From sequence record OL631481.1: a stretch of 64,000 bases of DNA. One strand, written 5' to 3'. The translations under genes and the position numbers were made by a program. Below the pieces are notes generated by a model, which was not told the origin of the DNA, did no database searches, and worked only from the letters and a program-made list of their open reading frames with translations. Position 1 is the stretch's first letter; the number at the start of each line of letters is the position of its first letter. The stretch comes from Escherichia phage ECML-183-2. Below, piece after piece: positions 17,299 through 26,415 of the stretch.

Positions 17299-18231
17299 GT
17301 GACTAAATTTAATTGCGACGATTTGGTTGAAAAAGGTTTAGTTCATAAGAAAACATATAAAGAAGGAGAGTATTCTGGTCTATCTGTTCTTAAGTATAAG
17401 AACAAAGTTTTCTGGGATAACTTATGGAGCATTGATTCTCGTCTTCTAGAATGTCGCGGAATCGTTGTTGATGCTGATGACAATGTTGTTATTTGGCCTT
17501 TCACTAAGATTTTTAATCGTTTTGAGAATGGCACAGATCTACCAGCGGATGAACTTGTAGATGTGGTTCGTAAAGTAAATGGTTTTATGGCCTCTGTAGG
17601 TGTATATAAAGGTCAACTTATTGTATCGACAACAGGAAGCCTTGAATCAGATTTTGCAAGTATTGCAAAGAATCATATTGTTTCAGAGTGTGATGACATA
17701 GAACATTTCATCAAATGGACAGAGAGTGCAAAAGCAACTTTCCTTTTTGAAATCTGCGATCCTTCTGATCCGCATATTGTCGAAGAAGAACCAGGTGCAT
17801 ACTTAATTGGTGCCAGAATTCAAAATCCTGATGGGACAAGTTTTATGTTACCTGAAGGTGCTCTTGATGGAATTGCTTCTGTCACCAAATTTAAGCGTCC
17901 TGAAGTTCATTCGATGGTTAAGTTTTCAGATGTTGTTGAAATGTCTAAACATTGTAAACACGAAGGGTTTGTAGTTCGTGAAACAAACTATCCGTTCAAC
18001 TTGCTTTTAAAAATTAAATCACCACACTATCTTACTAAGAAGTTTCTTATGCGTGGTGGAGATAAAAAGTGGGATCTGATTTGGGATAATCCAAAAAATG
18101 CCAAACAAATTGTTGACGAAGAATATTACGCTTTGTTAGAATGGATTCGAAATAATTTTACGAAGACTCAATGGGCTGCTTTAAATCAGCAAGAGCGACG
18201 TGAAAAAATCGAAAACTTCTTTGGGGGATAA
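17299..18231 (+). CDS. ATP-dependent RNA ligase-like nucleotidyltransferase
   Basis: motif I KVNGF, motif IV EGFVVRE, motif V LLKIKS; GTG start; flanked by phosphoesterase and kinase. Confidence 0.6.
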   Translation: MTKFNCDDLVEKGLVHKKTYKEGEYSGLSVLKYKNKVFWDNLWSIDSRLLECRGIVVDADDNVVIWPFTKIFNRFENGTDLPADELVDVVRKVNGFMASVGVYKGQLIVSTTGSLESDFASIAKNHIVSECDDIEHFIKWTESAKATFLFEICDPSDPHIVEEEPGAYLIGARIQNPDGTSFMLPEGALDGIASVTKFKRPEVHSMVKFSDVVEMSKHCKHEGFVVRETNYPFNLLLKIKSPHYLTKKFLMRGGDKKWDLIWDNPKNAKQIVDEEYYALLEWIRNNFTKTQWAALNQQERREKIENFFGG

Positions 18232-18636
18232 ATGAAACAACTTATCATTTTACGTGGCGTTTCAGGTGCTGGTAAATCTACGGTAGCAGAAATTATTTCT
18301 GAAGGTTATTGGCCTATCTGTGAGGCAGATCAATATCATTACACAGAAAGTGGTGTTTACGATTGGAAGCCAGAAAATGTAGGTAAAGCACACGCATGGT
18401 GTCAGAGTATTGTTCGTGATGCTATGAAATCTGATCTTAAAAAGATTATTGTTTCTAACACTTCAACCACAGAGAAAGAACTTAAACCTTATTTAACTCT
18501 TGCTGAAGAGTTTGGTTATCAAGTTATCTCTTTAGTTGTTGAAAATAGACACGGTAACGATTCAATTCACGAGGTTCCACAACATATTCGTGATCAACAA
18601 GAGAAACGTCTTCGTGGTTCACTTAAACTTCAATAA
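18232..18636 (+). CDS. P-loop kinase, polynucleotide 5'-kinase-like
   Basis: Walker A GVSGAGKST near N-terminus; 134 aa; ATGA-coupled to the ligase gene. Confidence 0.55.
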   Translation: MKQLIILRGVSGAGKSTVAEIISEGYWPICEADQYHYTESGVYDWKPENVGKAHAWCQSIVRDAMKSDLKKIIVSNTSTTEKELKPYLTLAEEFGYQVISLVVENRHGNDSIHEVPQHIRDQQEKRLRGSLKLQ

Positions 18637-18645
18637 GGAGAGATA

Positions 18646-18972
18646 ATGCAAATTTATACAGATGATCGTAAATATGAGACAATTTTAGACGAAGATACTG
18701 GACGAATTACCGTTCTCCGTCACGGTGAAGAGTGGCGTGATGAAACTGGGGATAACTATATCTTATCTCTGATTCATCTTATTGAACAAATGCGTGATGA
18801 TTACGCTGAACTGCATTATGAAAATGAGGCGAATAAAGTAAAATTTGAAAATGAATTAGAAGAGAAAGAATCAGAAATGGTATATCTAAAAGAAGAGATC
18901 TCCCGTTTGGAGGAAGAGATTGATGCTCTTCAGGAAGAGATTTACGAACTCAACAACGAACTGAACTCTTAA
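18646..18972 (+). CDS. hypothetical coiled-coil protein
   Basis: 108 aa, Glu/Leu-rich heptads at C-terminus. Confidence 0.45.
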   Translation: MQIYTDDRKYETILDEDTGRITVLRHGEEWRDETGDNYILSLIHLIEQMRDDYAELHYENEANKVKFENELEEKESEMVYLKEEISRLEEEIDALQEEIYELNNELNS

Positions 18973-18981
18973 GGAGAGATT

Positions 18982-19173
18982 ATGAAAAAAGATATCGTTG
19001 TTGTTGGTTGGCTGACTTGCCCTTGTGGTAGTAATGACATAACTGTAAACACAGAGGGTGATAAAAATTATTTATTCTACGGTGATAAAATCACTTGCAA
19101 TACCTGCGGACGTGTTGGTATTATAGAAACCGATGATTGCTGCGTTTTTGAATCTTGGGATGAAGATGAATGA
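18982..19173 (+). CDS. zinc-ribbon protein
   Basis: CPCG ... CNTCG pairs. Confidence 0.45.
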   Translation: MKKDIVVVGWLTCPCGSNDITVNTEGDKNYLFYGDKITCNTCGRVGIIETDDCCVFESWDEDE

Positions 19174-19391
19174 GTACTGCATTTTATGTTCGTAGCGGGG
19201 ACGAGGATTTTCTAGCTACTTTTGATGACGGTGATCTTGAAGATATGTATGAAGATATGCTTGACTATGCCAAAGGGCAAGGTTTCACAAGCATTGATTA
19301 TATGTTGGCAACATCTACAACGTTACTCGACGCAGATTTGGATGAAGTGTGTAACAGATTGAAAATTTCAGTTTTTAAATGGGAGGACTAA
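19170..19391 (+). CDS. small acidic protein
   Basis: 73 aa, Asp/Glu-rich. Confidence 0.4.
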   Translation: MSTAFYVRSGDEDFLATFDDGDLEDMYEDMLDYAKGQGFTSIDYMLATSTTLLDADLDEVCNRLKISVFKWED

Positions 19392-20506
19392 TGCAACAAA
19401 CAAATCAAACGCTGTATGGTAAAGATTCAAAAGGAAAACTTAAACAGTGGACAGTGTATACAGATGGTGCAGTTGTTACTGTAGCTCATGGAAGGGTAGG
19501 TGGAAAAATCACAGAAAAATCTTATACAGCAGAAGCAAAAAACATTGGTCGTTCCAATGAAACAACACCGGAAGAACAAGCTGAACTTGAAGCTTTTGCC
19601 AAATGGACAAAACAGTTAAAGAATGGCTATTATAAAACAAAAGAAGAAGCTGAAAACCATGTTCCTTCCACACCAATGAAATGCCAGGATTATAAAGATT
19701 ATCCTGAAAAGGTTGTGTTCCCTGGTTATGCACAATACAAACTGAACGGGTTACGTTCTATGATTAACATGAAAGGGGAGTGTTTATCAAAAGCTGGGGA
19801 AGTGTATAACCTACCACCTCATTGGAAAGGTATTCCAAACTTTATTAGTGAAGTTGTTGGTCATCCTCTTGATGGTGAAGTGTTTGCTGGGTTAGGTGTC
19901 CTTAGTCTGCAACAAATTAACAGTGCTTGGAAGAAGCATAATGCAAATACACCTTTGCTGAATTATTACGTATACGATATTCCAGTTCCAGGCCTACCGT
20001 TTGAAAAACGTGTTGATGCTCTTGCTGCTCTTAAGGCAGTAGTTGAAGATTATGGTCTTGACGAGCTTATTTGTGTAGTTCATACAGAGTATATTGAAAA
20101 CCAAGAACAGTTTGATGCTTTCTATGAAAAAGCTTTACTTGAGAAAGCTGAAGGTGTAGTATATCGTAATGCTCACGGAGTTTACGAATTTGATAAACGT
20201 TCTTATGACGTTATTAAACGTAAGCCTCGCCACACCCTTGAAGTTAAAGTAACACATTCAAAAAGTGATAAAAATGGCGATGGAGTGTTGACAGGTGAGA
20301 TGGAAAATGGTAAAGTAGTCGAATTCTTAATGCGTAAAGATGCTCATGAGACTATCAATTATCGTAAAGCAGAGAATGCTTCTACCTTGATTAATCAGTT
20401 CGTTGAAATAGAGTATGAAGAATTTTCAGATGAAGGTATTCCAACAAAACCTGTTGGTGTTCGTATTCGAGAAATGATCCCAGGCACTTGGGAACCAGCA
20501 GAATAA
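19379..20506 (+). CDS. ATP-dependent ligase (DNA or RNA), nucleotidyltransferase superfamily
   Basis: motif I YKLNGLR (KxNG), motif IV EGVVYR, motif V VIKRK; 375 aa. Confidence 0.55.
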   Translation: MGGLMQQTNQTLYGKDSKGKLKQWTVYTDGAVVTVAHGRVGGKITEKSYTAEAKNIGRSNETTPEEQAELEAFAKWTKQLKNGYYKTKEEAENHVPSTPMKCQDYKDYPEKVVFPGYAQYKLNGLRSMINMKGECLSKAGEVYNLPPHWKGIPNFISEVVGHPLDGEVFAGLGVLSLQQINSAWKKHNANTPLLNYYVYDIPVPGLPFEKRVDALAALKAVVEDYGLDELICVVHTEYIENQEQFDAFYEKALLEKAEGVVYRNAHGVYEFDKRSYDVIKRKPRHTLEVKVTHSKSDKNGDGVLTGEMENGKVVEFLMRKDAHETINYRKAENASTLINQFVEIEYEEFSDEGIPTKPVGVRIREMIPGTWEPAE

Positions 20507-20515
20507 GGAGGAAAA

Positions 20516-20710
20516 ATGTTCTTAGCCATTTTAATCGTTTTCAGTGTGCTTTCTTTTTATTGTATGAATGCTTCTGAAAACTTTCCTAAGAATTCAAAGA
20601 AAAGAACCGTATGTGTTGCGATTGATTCATGTATGTCTGGAGTTGGGTATGCGGTAGTTTCTTGTTTCTTAGCTTATCATTGTGCAAAATACCTGGAGGC
20701 ATTTTTATGA
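20516..20710 (+). CDS. small membrane protein
   Basis: 64 aa, hydrophobic. Confidence 0.4.
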   Translation: MFLAILIVFSVLSFYCMNASENFPKNSKKRTVCVAIDSCMSGVGYAVVSCFLAYHCAKYLEAFL

Positions 20711-20889
20711 TAATTTTAGCAACAATTCTTATGATGTTGATAGCAATTGCTATTATAATTCTGGCATCTTTTCCGGCGGATAAATGGTATTTCAATATTC
20801 CACGTATGCTTGTTTTCGGTTTCGCAGGGATTTACATGGGTGAGTCTGTAGCAAATATTAGCAACTTTCTAGAAAGCTATTTTAAATAA
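20707..20889 (+). CDS. small membrane protein
   Basis: ATGA overlap; two hydrophobic helices. Confidence 0.4.
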   Translation: MIILATILMMLIAIAIIILASFPADKWYFNIPRMLVFGFAGIYMGESVANISNFLESYFK

Positions 20890-20898
20890 GGAGTTATA

Positions 20899-21624
20899 AT
20901 GATCGAGAATTTTTTTAAAGATATTAAATTCGATACTGAATTTTTCAAAAATGCAGCAAAGCACGTGATTGATTGGAATGCCAAAGCACGAGGTGGTGAA
21001 CAACCGGAATTCACTCAAGAGCTATTTATGTCCCAAATCGGGTTCGTTCGTGAAGAGCTTAAAGAGTATGAAACAGCCGCGAAAGTAAACGATCATGTAG
21101 AACTCTTGGATGCAGCAGCGGATATTTTTGTAGTATCCAGTTATCTGACCTACATGTTCTTTGGTGAAGAACATACGATGAATTTCTTGGACTATGCTGT
21201 AGGCGATGTTTTTACTCCAACTGTGTATACTGATTTTGATGCTTTGGAACAAACATTTACAGAGCCAGTTCAAATGGCACTAATGGCTGCTGGTATTATG
21301 CGTATGTCTCGTGACACTCTAATCCGTTCAAAATATCCAGAAAAGAAAGTTATTAAAGAGGTATTGAAAAGTAATGATTCCAAGTATCCAACTAAACAAC
21401 AGTTGCTGAAAACTTGGAAAACTTCGGATATCGATTCAGCCATTGCACAAGAATGCGCTGCAATTGAAGAACGAAATGCCAATCGTCCAGAAGGGGCATA
21501 CACTGGTGTTCATGCTGTTTATAATGAAAAACAGAAAGTGTATGTGTTCTTTGATGATAAAGGTAAGATCATGAAACCATCGACCTTTGTCAAACCTAAT
21601 ATTGCAGGTATTATTAATAAGTAA
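20899..21624 (+). CDS. MazG-like nucleoside triphosphate pyrophosphohydrolase (putative)
   Basis: all-alpha NTP-PPase-like EExxE...ELLDAAADIFVV motif. Confidence 0.4.
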   Translation: MIENFFKDIKFDTEFFKNAAKHVIDWNAKARGGEQPEFTQELFMSQIGFVREELKEYETAAKVNDHVELLDAAADIFVVSSYLTYMFFGEEHTMNFLDYAVGDVFTPTVYTDFDALEQTFTEPVQMALMAAGIMRMSRDTLIRSKYPEKKVIKEVLKSNDSKYPTKQQLLKTWKTSDIDSAIAQECAAIEERNANRPEGAYTGVHAVYNEKQKVYVFFDDKGKIMKPSTFVKPNIAGIINK

Positions 21625-21680
21625 TGTTGTAAGCCGCCCTTTATGGGCGGTAATGTGAGATGTATTAAATAGGAGGAAAC

Positions 21681-22559
21681 ATGTTTGTAAAATCTTTTAA
21701 ATCCGCTCTGCCTATGGTTGTTGGTGACAATGCTTCTGTAGCATCCCTTAACAGCATTACAGATATTCCTCTGGAATTTGTAACAGCAGAAGGCTCCCAG
21801 TCACACACTATCGGTCTTGTTCGTTTCGAAGATGACTCTAAATTTGTAAAAGAGTTTTCAGATCTTGAACTGCTTAATGTAGGTCAATCTGTGAAGAAGG
21901 TAGATAAAAAGAAAGTTAAACGTATTCTGAATGAACGTCTAGAAGAAATGCGTCAGGACATGGAGAGCGAAGGTAAAGAGTTTTATGTCGATAAAGAAGT
22001 AGTCAAAGCAATGAAAGAAGATATTGAATTTGCACTATTGCCTGAAACAGAACCTGAAGATTTCTTTAACTATGTTGTCTTGGATAAAACTACGAATCTT
22101 CTTTATGTTCTTAATGGAAGTAAAAAGGTTGCAGAAGAGATTACTTCTTTCCTCCGTTCCGTCCTGGGGACTTTCCCTTCGGTAGGTTTTAGTGTGCACG
22201 AAGAAGCTATTGTAAAAGGTTTTGGTGAATTGCTGGAGAATCACGAAGCAGATCGTATTACTCTCGGAAATTATATCAAAATGGAGGATAGCGAGGGCGT
22301 TGTTGTTTGGAGTAAAGAATCTCTATACGAGTCTAAAGCTGTAGAACTAAAAGAAGATGGTAAAGATGTTGTTGCAATCGGTCTTGAATATGACGGTGTT
22401 GTAGATTTTGTAGTGGATAAAGAGTTTAAACTTTCTAAACTACGTTTTCCGAAATATTTTGCAGACGAAGAAGGTAGTATTGAAGCTTCAGTCCTTCTGT
22501 GCTTCAATGAGATTCGAGGTCTGATGGAAGATTTAACCAAAGCAACAATCCTTAAATAA
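21681..22559 (+). CDS. RdgC-like recombination-associated protein (putative)
   Basis: 292 aa; N-terminus and FLRSVLGTFPSVGF segment resemble bacterial RdgC (from memory, not aligned). Confidence 0.4.
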   Translation: MFVKSFKSALPMVVGDNASVASLNSITDIPLEFVTAEGSQSHTIGLVRFEDDSKFVKEFSDLELLNVGQSVKKVDKKKVKRILNERLEEMRQDMESEGKEFYVDKEVVKAMKEDIEFALLPETEPEDFFNYVVLDKTTNLLYVLNGSKKVAEEITSFLRSVLGTFPSVGFSVHEEAIVKGFGELLENHEADRITLGNYIKMEDSEGVVVWSKESLYESKAVELKEDGKDVVAIGLEYDGVVDFVVDKEFKLSKLRFPKYFADEEGSIEASVLLCFNEIRGLMEDLTKATILK

Positions 22560-22563
22560 GTTC

Positions 22564-22592
22564 TTGACTTGCGGGATTAGTTATGATATTAT
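22564..22592 (+). promoter_or_regulatory. sigma70-like promoter (TTGACT-N17-TATTAT)
   Basis: hexamers read directly; followed by hairpin GCCTACC...GGTAGGC plus T-run at 22593-22621. Confidence 0.5.
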
Positions 22593-22631
22593 GCCTACCT
22601 ACTTAATGAGGTAGGCTTTTTAGGAGGCGTT

Positions 22632-22841
22632 ATGAAAAAGATTCTGACAGTCGTTCTTTTAGCTTTTAGTTTCACAGTAGCAGCAGGTCAAATTACTTTA
22701 ATCTTGTCTGATTCTGAAGTTAATGGCAACACAAAATATTGCTACTATTCTAACGCTAACCAAGATGAAGTTATAGCAATCCCGAAAAGTCGTCAATGTC
22801 CGTATACTAAAACATTCTCAACAGAGGATGACGATGAATAA
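22632..22841 (+). CDS. small secreted protein
   Basis: N-terminal signal-peptide-like segment, 69 aa. Confidence 0.45.
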   Translation: MKKILTVVLLAFSFTVAAGQITLILSDSEVNGNTKYCYYSNANQDEVIAIPKSRQCPYTKTFSTEDDDE

Positions 22842-22853
22842 TTAGGGGGAAAT

Positions 22854-23972
22854 ATTAGCGGTTATATTTTAATTAAACCTGAAGATCTTCATTTATATGT
22901 CAACGAAGAAACAGTAGCTGCAATTGATTATGATCAGATCGCTTTCCAAGCAGCGTCTGCATTAGAGAAAAGAACAATCATTGCCAAGCACATCCCTTCA
23001 GGTGCTCAAAAGGAATTTAAAAATAAGACAGAGTTTTGGGGTAAAAGTAAGACTAAAATTGGAGGTTGGCTAGGAGATACAAATGCAGAAAGAGCCTCCA
23101 AAAACAAACGTCCCTTCACAAAGGAAGAGTTCGAAATTATTGATAAGCAATACCCGCCAGAAGATATCGGACACACCTTCCAAGCAGCTAAAACAAAAGT
23201 CTTAGGTATTCTAAAACATCTACGTTTAGAAAAATATTGCGGAGTTATTGGCGTAGGAAAAACTTTCAGACACGCCTTCAAAATGCCTGTAGAATATAAG
23301 TCTGAACGATTAGATATCAAACCACTTCAGCTTTCAGAAACCAAAGATTATCTTGTGGAGTTCCACAATGGTGATGTTGTTACTGTAATAGAGGCTGACG
23401 ATGAGTTAGAGAAGTATGGTTTCCAAGGTTATAAAGATTATAAAAGGACGGGTAAATTTTCTTATATTGTAGTGTCTATAGATAAAGATAGTTTACATAC
23501 TCCTAGTATCCTTTTTAATTTCTACAAAGAGGATGGAGTATTTAAAAATCCAGATATAATTCTTATTGACGAGTCTATTGGCGACATATGGATCGTAGAT
23601 AAAGGTAAAAAGAAAGAAGTTAAAGGTTGGGGAAGTTATTGGTTAGCCTATCAGATGCTAATGGGAGATAAAACAGATAGTATCCGACCTTATCAAGATT
23701 TTGATATTAAGTTTGGAGATATTACTTGTTTTAATCTTCTCTCAGCTTGTAAAACTCAAGCAGAGCTTTTCCAAACAGTTAAAGATACTTACTACTCGTG
23801 GTTCCCAGATGGTGTTAATTTTACTTCTTGGGATGGAGAAGAAGTCCATATGACAACAGACGAATGGATAGAAACAATTTTCCAGTTGGTATACATGAAA
23901 CGCTGGGATAATGACGATACAACATTTGAGAGTATGCTTCAGTCATACATCTCACAACAGGAGGCAGAGTGA
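22854..23972 (+). CDS. 5'-3' exonuclease / flap endonuclease (RNase H-like FEN family); start codon uncertain
   Basis: IDYDQIAF N-terminal motif, EADD, LMGDKTDSI (H3TH-like); conserved N-terminal domain lies in open frame 22842-23282 with no ATG/GTG/TTG. Confidence 0.5.
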   Translation: MSGYILIKPEDLHLYVNEETVAAIDYDQIAFQAASALEKRTIIAKHIPSGAQKEFKNKTEFWGKSKTKIGGWLGDTNAERASKNKRPFTKEEFEIIDKQYPPEDIGHTFQAAKTKVLGILKHLRLEKYCGVIGVGKTFRHAFKMPVEYKSERLDIKPLQLSETKDYLVEFHNGDVVTVIEADDELEKYGFQGYKDYKRTGKFSYIVVSIDKDSLHTPSILFNFYKEDGVFKNPDIILIDESIGDIWIVDKGKKKEVKGWGSYWLAYQMLMGDKTDSIRPYQDFDIKFGDITCFNLLSACKTQAELFQTVKDTYYSWFPDGVNFTSWDGEEVHMTTDEWIETIFQLVYMKRWDNDDTTFESMLQSYISQQEAE

Positions 23973-24928
23973 GCAGATTAACAGAAGAGCAGAAAGCAGA
24001 TATCCTTAGTATGAGTGCAGAGGGTATGTCTTCTCGCAATATTGCAGCAATTGTTTTAGGTAGTCCAACAAGAAAAAGCACAGTAAATGATTTCCTTGCA
24101 CGTTTCGGTGCAAGTAAACAAGAGCCAGTTAAAAAGAAACAACCAGTTATTAAAATTATTGATGTTGAAACTGCACCAGAGATTGCATATACTTTCCGTC
24201 GATTCAAAGCCTTCATTTCTCCAGACCAGGTAATTCGTAGGGGTTATTTGTTATCTTACTCTTCTGCTGATTTGTATACTGGTGAAGTGGAAGGTAAGAA
24301 CTTGTCTTCTTATCCTCTTTTTGATATTGATCATACAGATGATTGGGAGCTTTGCCAAGATCTTTGGAACCTTCTGAATGAGGCAGATGTAGTTGTGGCA
24401 CACAACGGGTATAAGTTTGACCGTGCATACATTAACCAACGATTTGCATATCACGATATGGCTCCTCCTTCTAATTATGTAGTTGTTGATACATTGAAGG
24501 CAGCTAAGAAACAATTTGCACTTCCTTCCAACTCCCTTAAAGAAATGGGAGCATATTTCGAAACAGAAAGTGAAAAACTGGATAACGAGGGGTTCCCTTT
24601 ATGGAAAGCATGTTGTGAAGGTGATCGTGATGCTTTTGAACGTATGCAGATTTACAATGATGGCGATGTTGTTTCACTCCGTGATTTGTATATGAAAATC
24701 CTTCCGTGGATTCCACAGCATCCTAACTTATCCGCTTATTACCCAGATGAGAAAGTCCGTTGTTCTCGTTGCGGCAGTGATCATGTTCACGTTGTTACTG
24801 GTAAGCAATACCACACTGCGGTAAGTTCTTTCGATATCATTCGTTGTGAATCTTGTGGAGGTTTGTCACGTAGTAGAGCAAACACCAGATCCAAAGATAA
24901 ACGAGCAGCAACTATTATTGGAATCTAA
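23969..24928 (+). CDS. DEDDy-type 3'-5' exonuclease with N-terminal HTH-like and C-terminal zinc-finger-like regions
   Basis: Exo I IIDVETAPE, Exo II VVAHNGYKFDRAY, Exo III YNDGD; CSRCG...CESCGG. Confidence 0.5.
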   Translation: MSRLTEEQKADILSMSAEGMSSRNIAAIVLGSPTRKSTVNDFLARFGASKQEPVKKKQPVIKIIDVETAPEIAYTFRRFKAFISPDQVIRRGYLLSYSSADLYTGEVEGKNLSSYPLFDIDHTDDWELCQDLWNLLNEADVVVAHNGYKFDRAYINQRFAYHDMAPPSNYVVVDTLKAAKKQFALPSNSLKEMGAYFETESEKLDNEGFPLWKACCEGDRDAFERMQIYNDGDVVSLRDLYMKILPWIPQHPNLSAYYPDEKVRCSRCGSDHVHVVTGKQYHTAVSSFDIIRCESCGGLSRSRANTRSKDKRAATIIGI

Positions 24929-24934
24929 TAATCA

Positions 24935-24958
24935 GGGAGCTTATTGCTCCCTTTTTTA
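24935..24958 (+). terminator. intrinsic terminator
   Basis: GGGAGC-TTATT-GCTCCC hairpin followed by TTTTTT. Confidence 0.65.
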
Positions 24959-24987
24959 TTGACAAAAATTTGATATTAGTGTATACT
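24959..24987 (+). promoter_or_regulatory. strong sigma70-like promoter (TTGACA-N17-TATACT)
   Basis: consensus -35 and near-consensus -10 with 17 nt spacing, immediately after the terminator. Confidence 0.6.
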
Positions 24988-25014
24988 CTGCTAACCACAA
25001 TAAAAGGAGGAAAT

Positions 25015-25242
25015 ATGAGCATTACATTAACAGGTAACGAAATTTTCGAACTGTTTGAAATGTTAGGTTTGAACTATACCATCGAGAAAGACCCAGATTT
25101 ACTTGACGTTAAAATAACAATTCAAGAAGATACAGCAATCTACAATGATGATGGTGATGTTATCTATCAAGGTAGGGTAGCTTATTATACAGATTACCCA
25201 GAAGAAGGCGCAGTAGGAATTCAGGAGGAAAATTATGTCTAA
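25015..25242 (+). CDS. hypothetical protein
   Basis: start moved to the ATG after RBS AAGGAGG, because the ORF-track start precedes the predicted transcription start. Confidence 0.5.
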   Translation: MSITLTGNEIFELFEMLGLNYTIEKDPDLLDVKITIQEDTAIYNDDGDVIYQGRVAYYTDYPEEGAVGIQEENYV

Positions 25243-25636
25243 TGCTTTTGATAATCAGGTTGACGGTGATCACTACACAAAAATGGCAATGCAACCTATC
25301 GAACTAACTTATTTGGTTGGTGGCACACCTTGTTTTTGCAAATTGGCAAAATACGCAACACGTATTAAAGGTGAACGTCAGATTAACCTAGATAAAGCTA
25401 TTCATTGTATTGAACTAGAAAGAACCCTTATGCAAAATAACACGTATATGGTTCGTGAAAATTATCCATCTATGACAAATGCAGCTAAACATGATCAAGC
25501 TATGCTTCTTATTGATTTCTTCACAAAAGATCCTTTAATCCGAGTGGCACTGAAACACATGTATAACTCTTCTTATGTAGATGCAGTTGAAGCTATTAAA
25601 CAACTTAAGGAACGTATTAGTGGCGAGCAATACTAA
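25235..25636 (+). CDS. hypothetical protein
   Basis: 133 aa ORF. Confidence 0.5.
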   Translation: MSNAFDNQVDGDHYTKMAMQPIELTYLVGGTPCFCKLAKYATRIKGERQINLDKAIHCIELERTLMQNNTYMVRENYPSMTNAAKHDQAMLLIDFFTKDPLIRVALKHMYNSSYVDAVEAIKQLKERISGEQY

Positions 25637-25814
25637 ACAATATGGAGCAGGAGAAGTTTATAAAATATTCAACCGAAAAGGTGATAAACTTTTACTAACT
25701 TTGACTATTCCAGAAACAATGTGCAAGGCGGGGTTAGACCGCCTTTTGTTTTTTAAACACAATATCCCACCAGGGGAATATACAGCTAAAAAGGTGAGCA
25801 ATATTGGCAGGTGA
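25581..25814 (+). CDS. hypothetical protein (uncertain)
   Basis: 77 aa ORF overlapping the upstream gene by 56 nt. Confidence 0.25.
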   Translation: MQLKLLNNLRNVLVASNTKQYGAGEVYKIFNRKGDKLLLTLTIPETMCKAGLDRLLFFKHNIPPGEYTAKKVSNIGR

Positions 25815-26379
25815 ACCAAAAATAATGTGGGGTGAAGGAACACCCTGGAAAACACAAGCGGAATTTTATACTTATCTTAGGGGATGTTTTAGAAAAGCAT
25901 GGATGAGACACCCTAATAAAATTAAGGTTATCAATGCAAGGCGTTTTAAAGTTGATCGCGTAGATAAAGACGGCAATGTAATGCTAGATAAGAAAACTGG
26001 AAAACCAAAACAAGTTTGGAATTGTGAGTGCGAAATATGTGGACATAGAGGAGGAATGAAAGACTTCCAAGTGGATCATATTCACGCAGCAAAACAACTT
26101 CAATGTTTTGATGATATTCCTCTTTTTGTTTTCCGTTTGATCTATGTGAAAGAAGAAGATTTGCGAATGGTTTGTAAATTGTGCAACTCTATTCTTGCTT
26201 ATGCAGACAAGCAAGGCATATCTTTTGAAGAAGCAAAAGCTGAAAAAGAAGCGATAGCTTTGTGTAGAGCTAAGAAAGATAAAGCATGGCTGAAGAAGCG
26301 TAAAATAGAACCTGAAAGCACAGTAGCAAAACGCCGTAAACAAATAGTCAAAATCCTATTGCAGGAAATTGAAAGTTAG
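25804..26379 (+). CDS. HNH-family endonuclease (putative)
   Basis: CECEICGHRGG ... VDHIHA ... CKLCN pattern typical of HNH zinc-finger nucleases. Confidence 0.45.
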   Translation: MAGEPKIMWGEGTPWKTQAEFYTYLRGCFRKAWMRHPNKIKVINARRFKVDRVDKDGNVMLDKKTGKPKQVWNCECEICGHRGGMKDFQVDHIHAAKQLQCFDDIPLFVFRLIYVKEEDLRMVCKLCNSILAYADKQGISFEEAKAEKEAIALCRAKKDKAWLKKRKIEPESTVAKRRKQIVKILLQEIES

Positions 26380-26415
26380 TATAAGATAACTATACTAAAA
26401 GAGAGAGGAGGTTTT

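Noticed and set aside
21626-21648. Hairpin GCCGCCC-TTTAT-GGGCGG after gene 20899-21624 as a terminator
   Set aside because: No T-tract follows the stem, so it is not supported as an intrinsic terminator; it may be a stability element.
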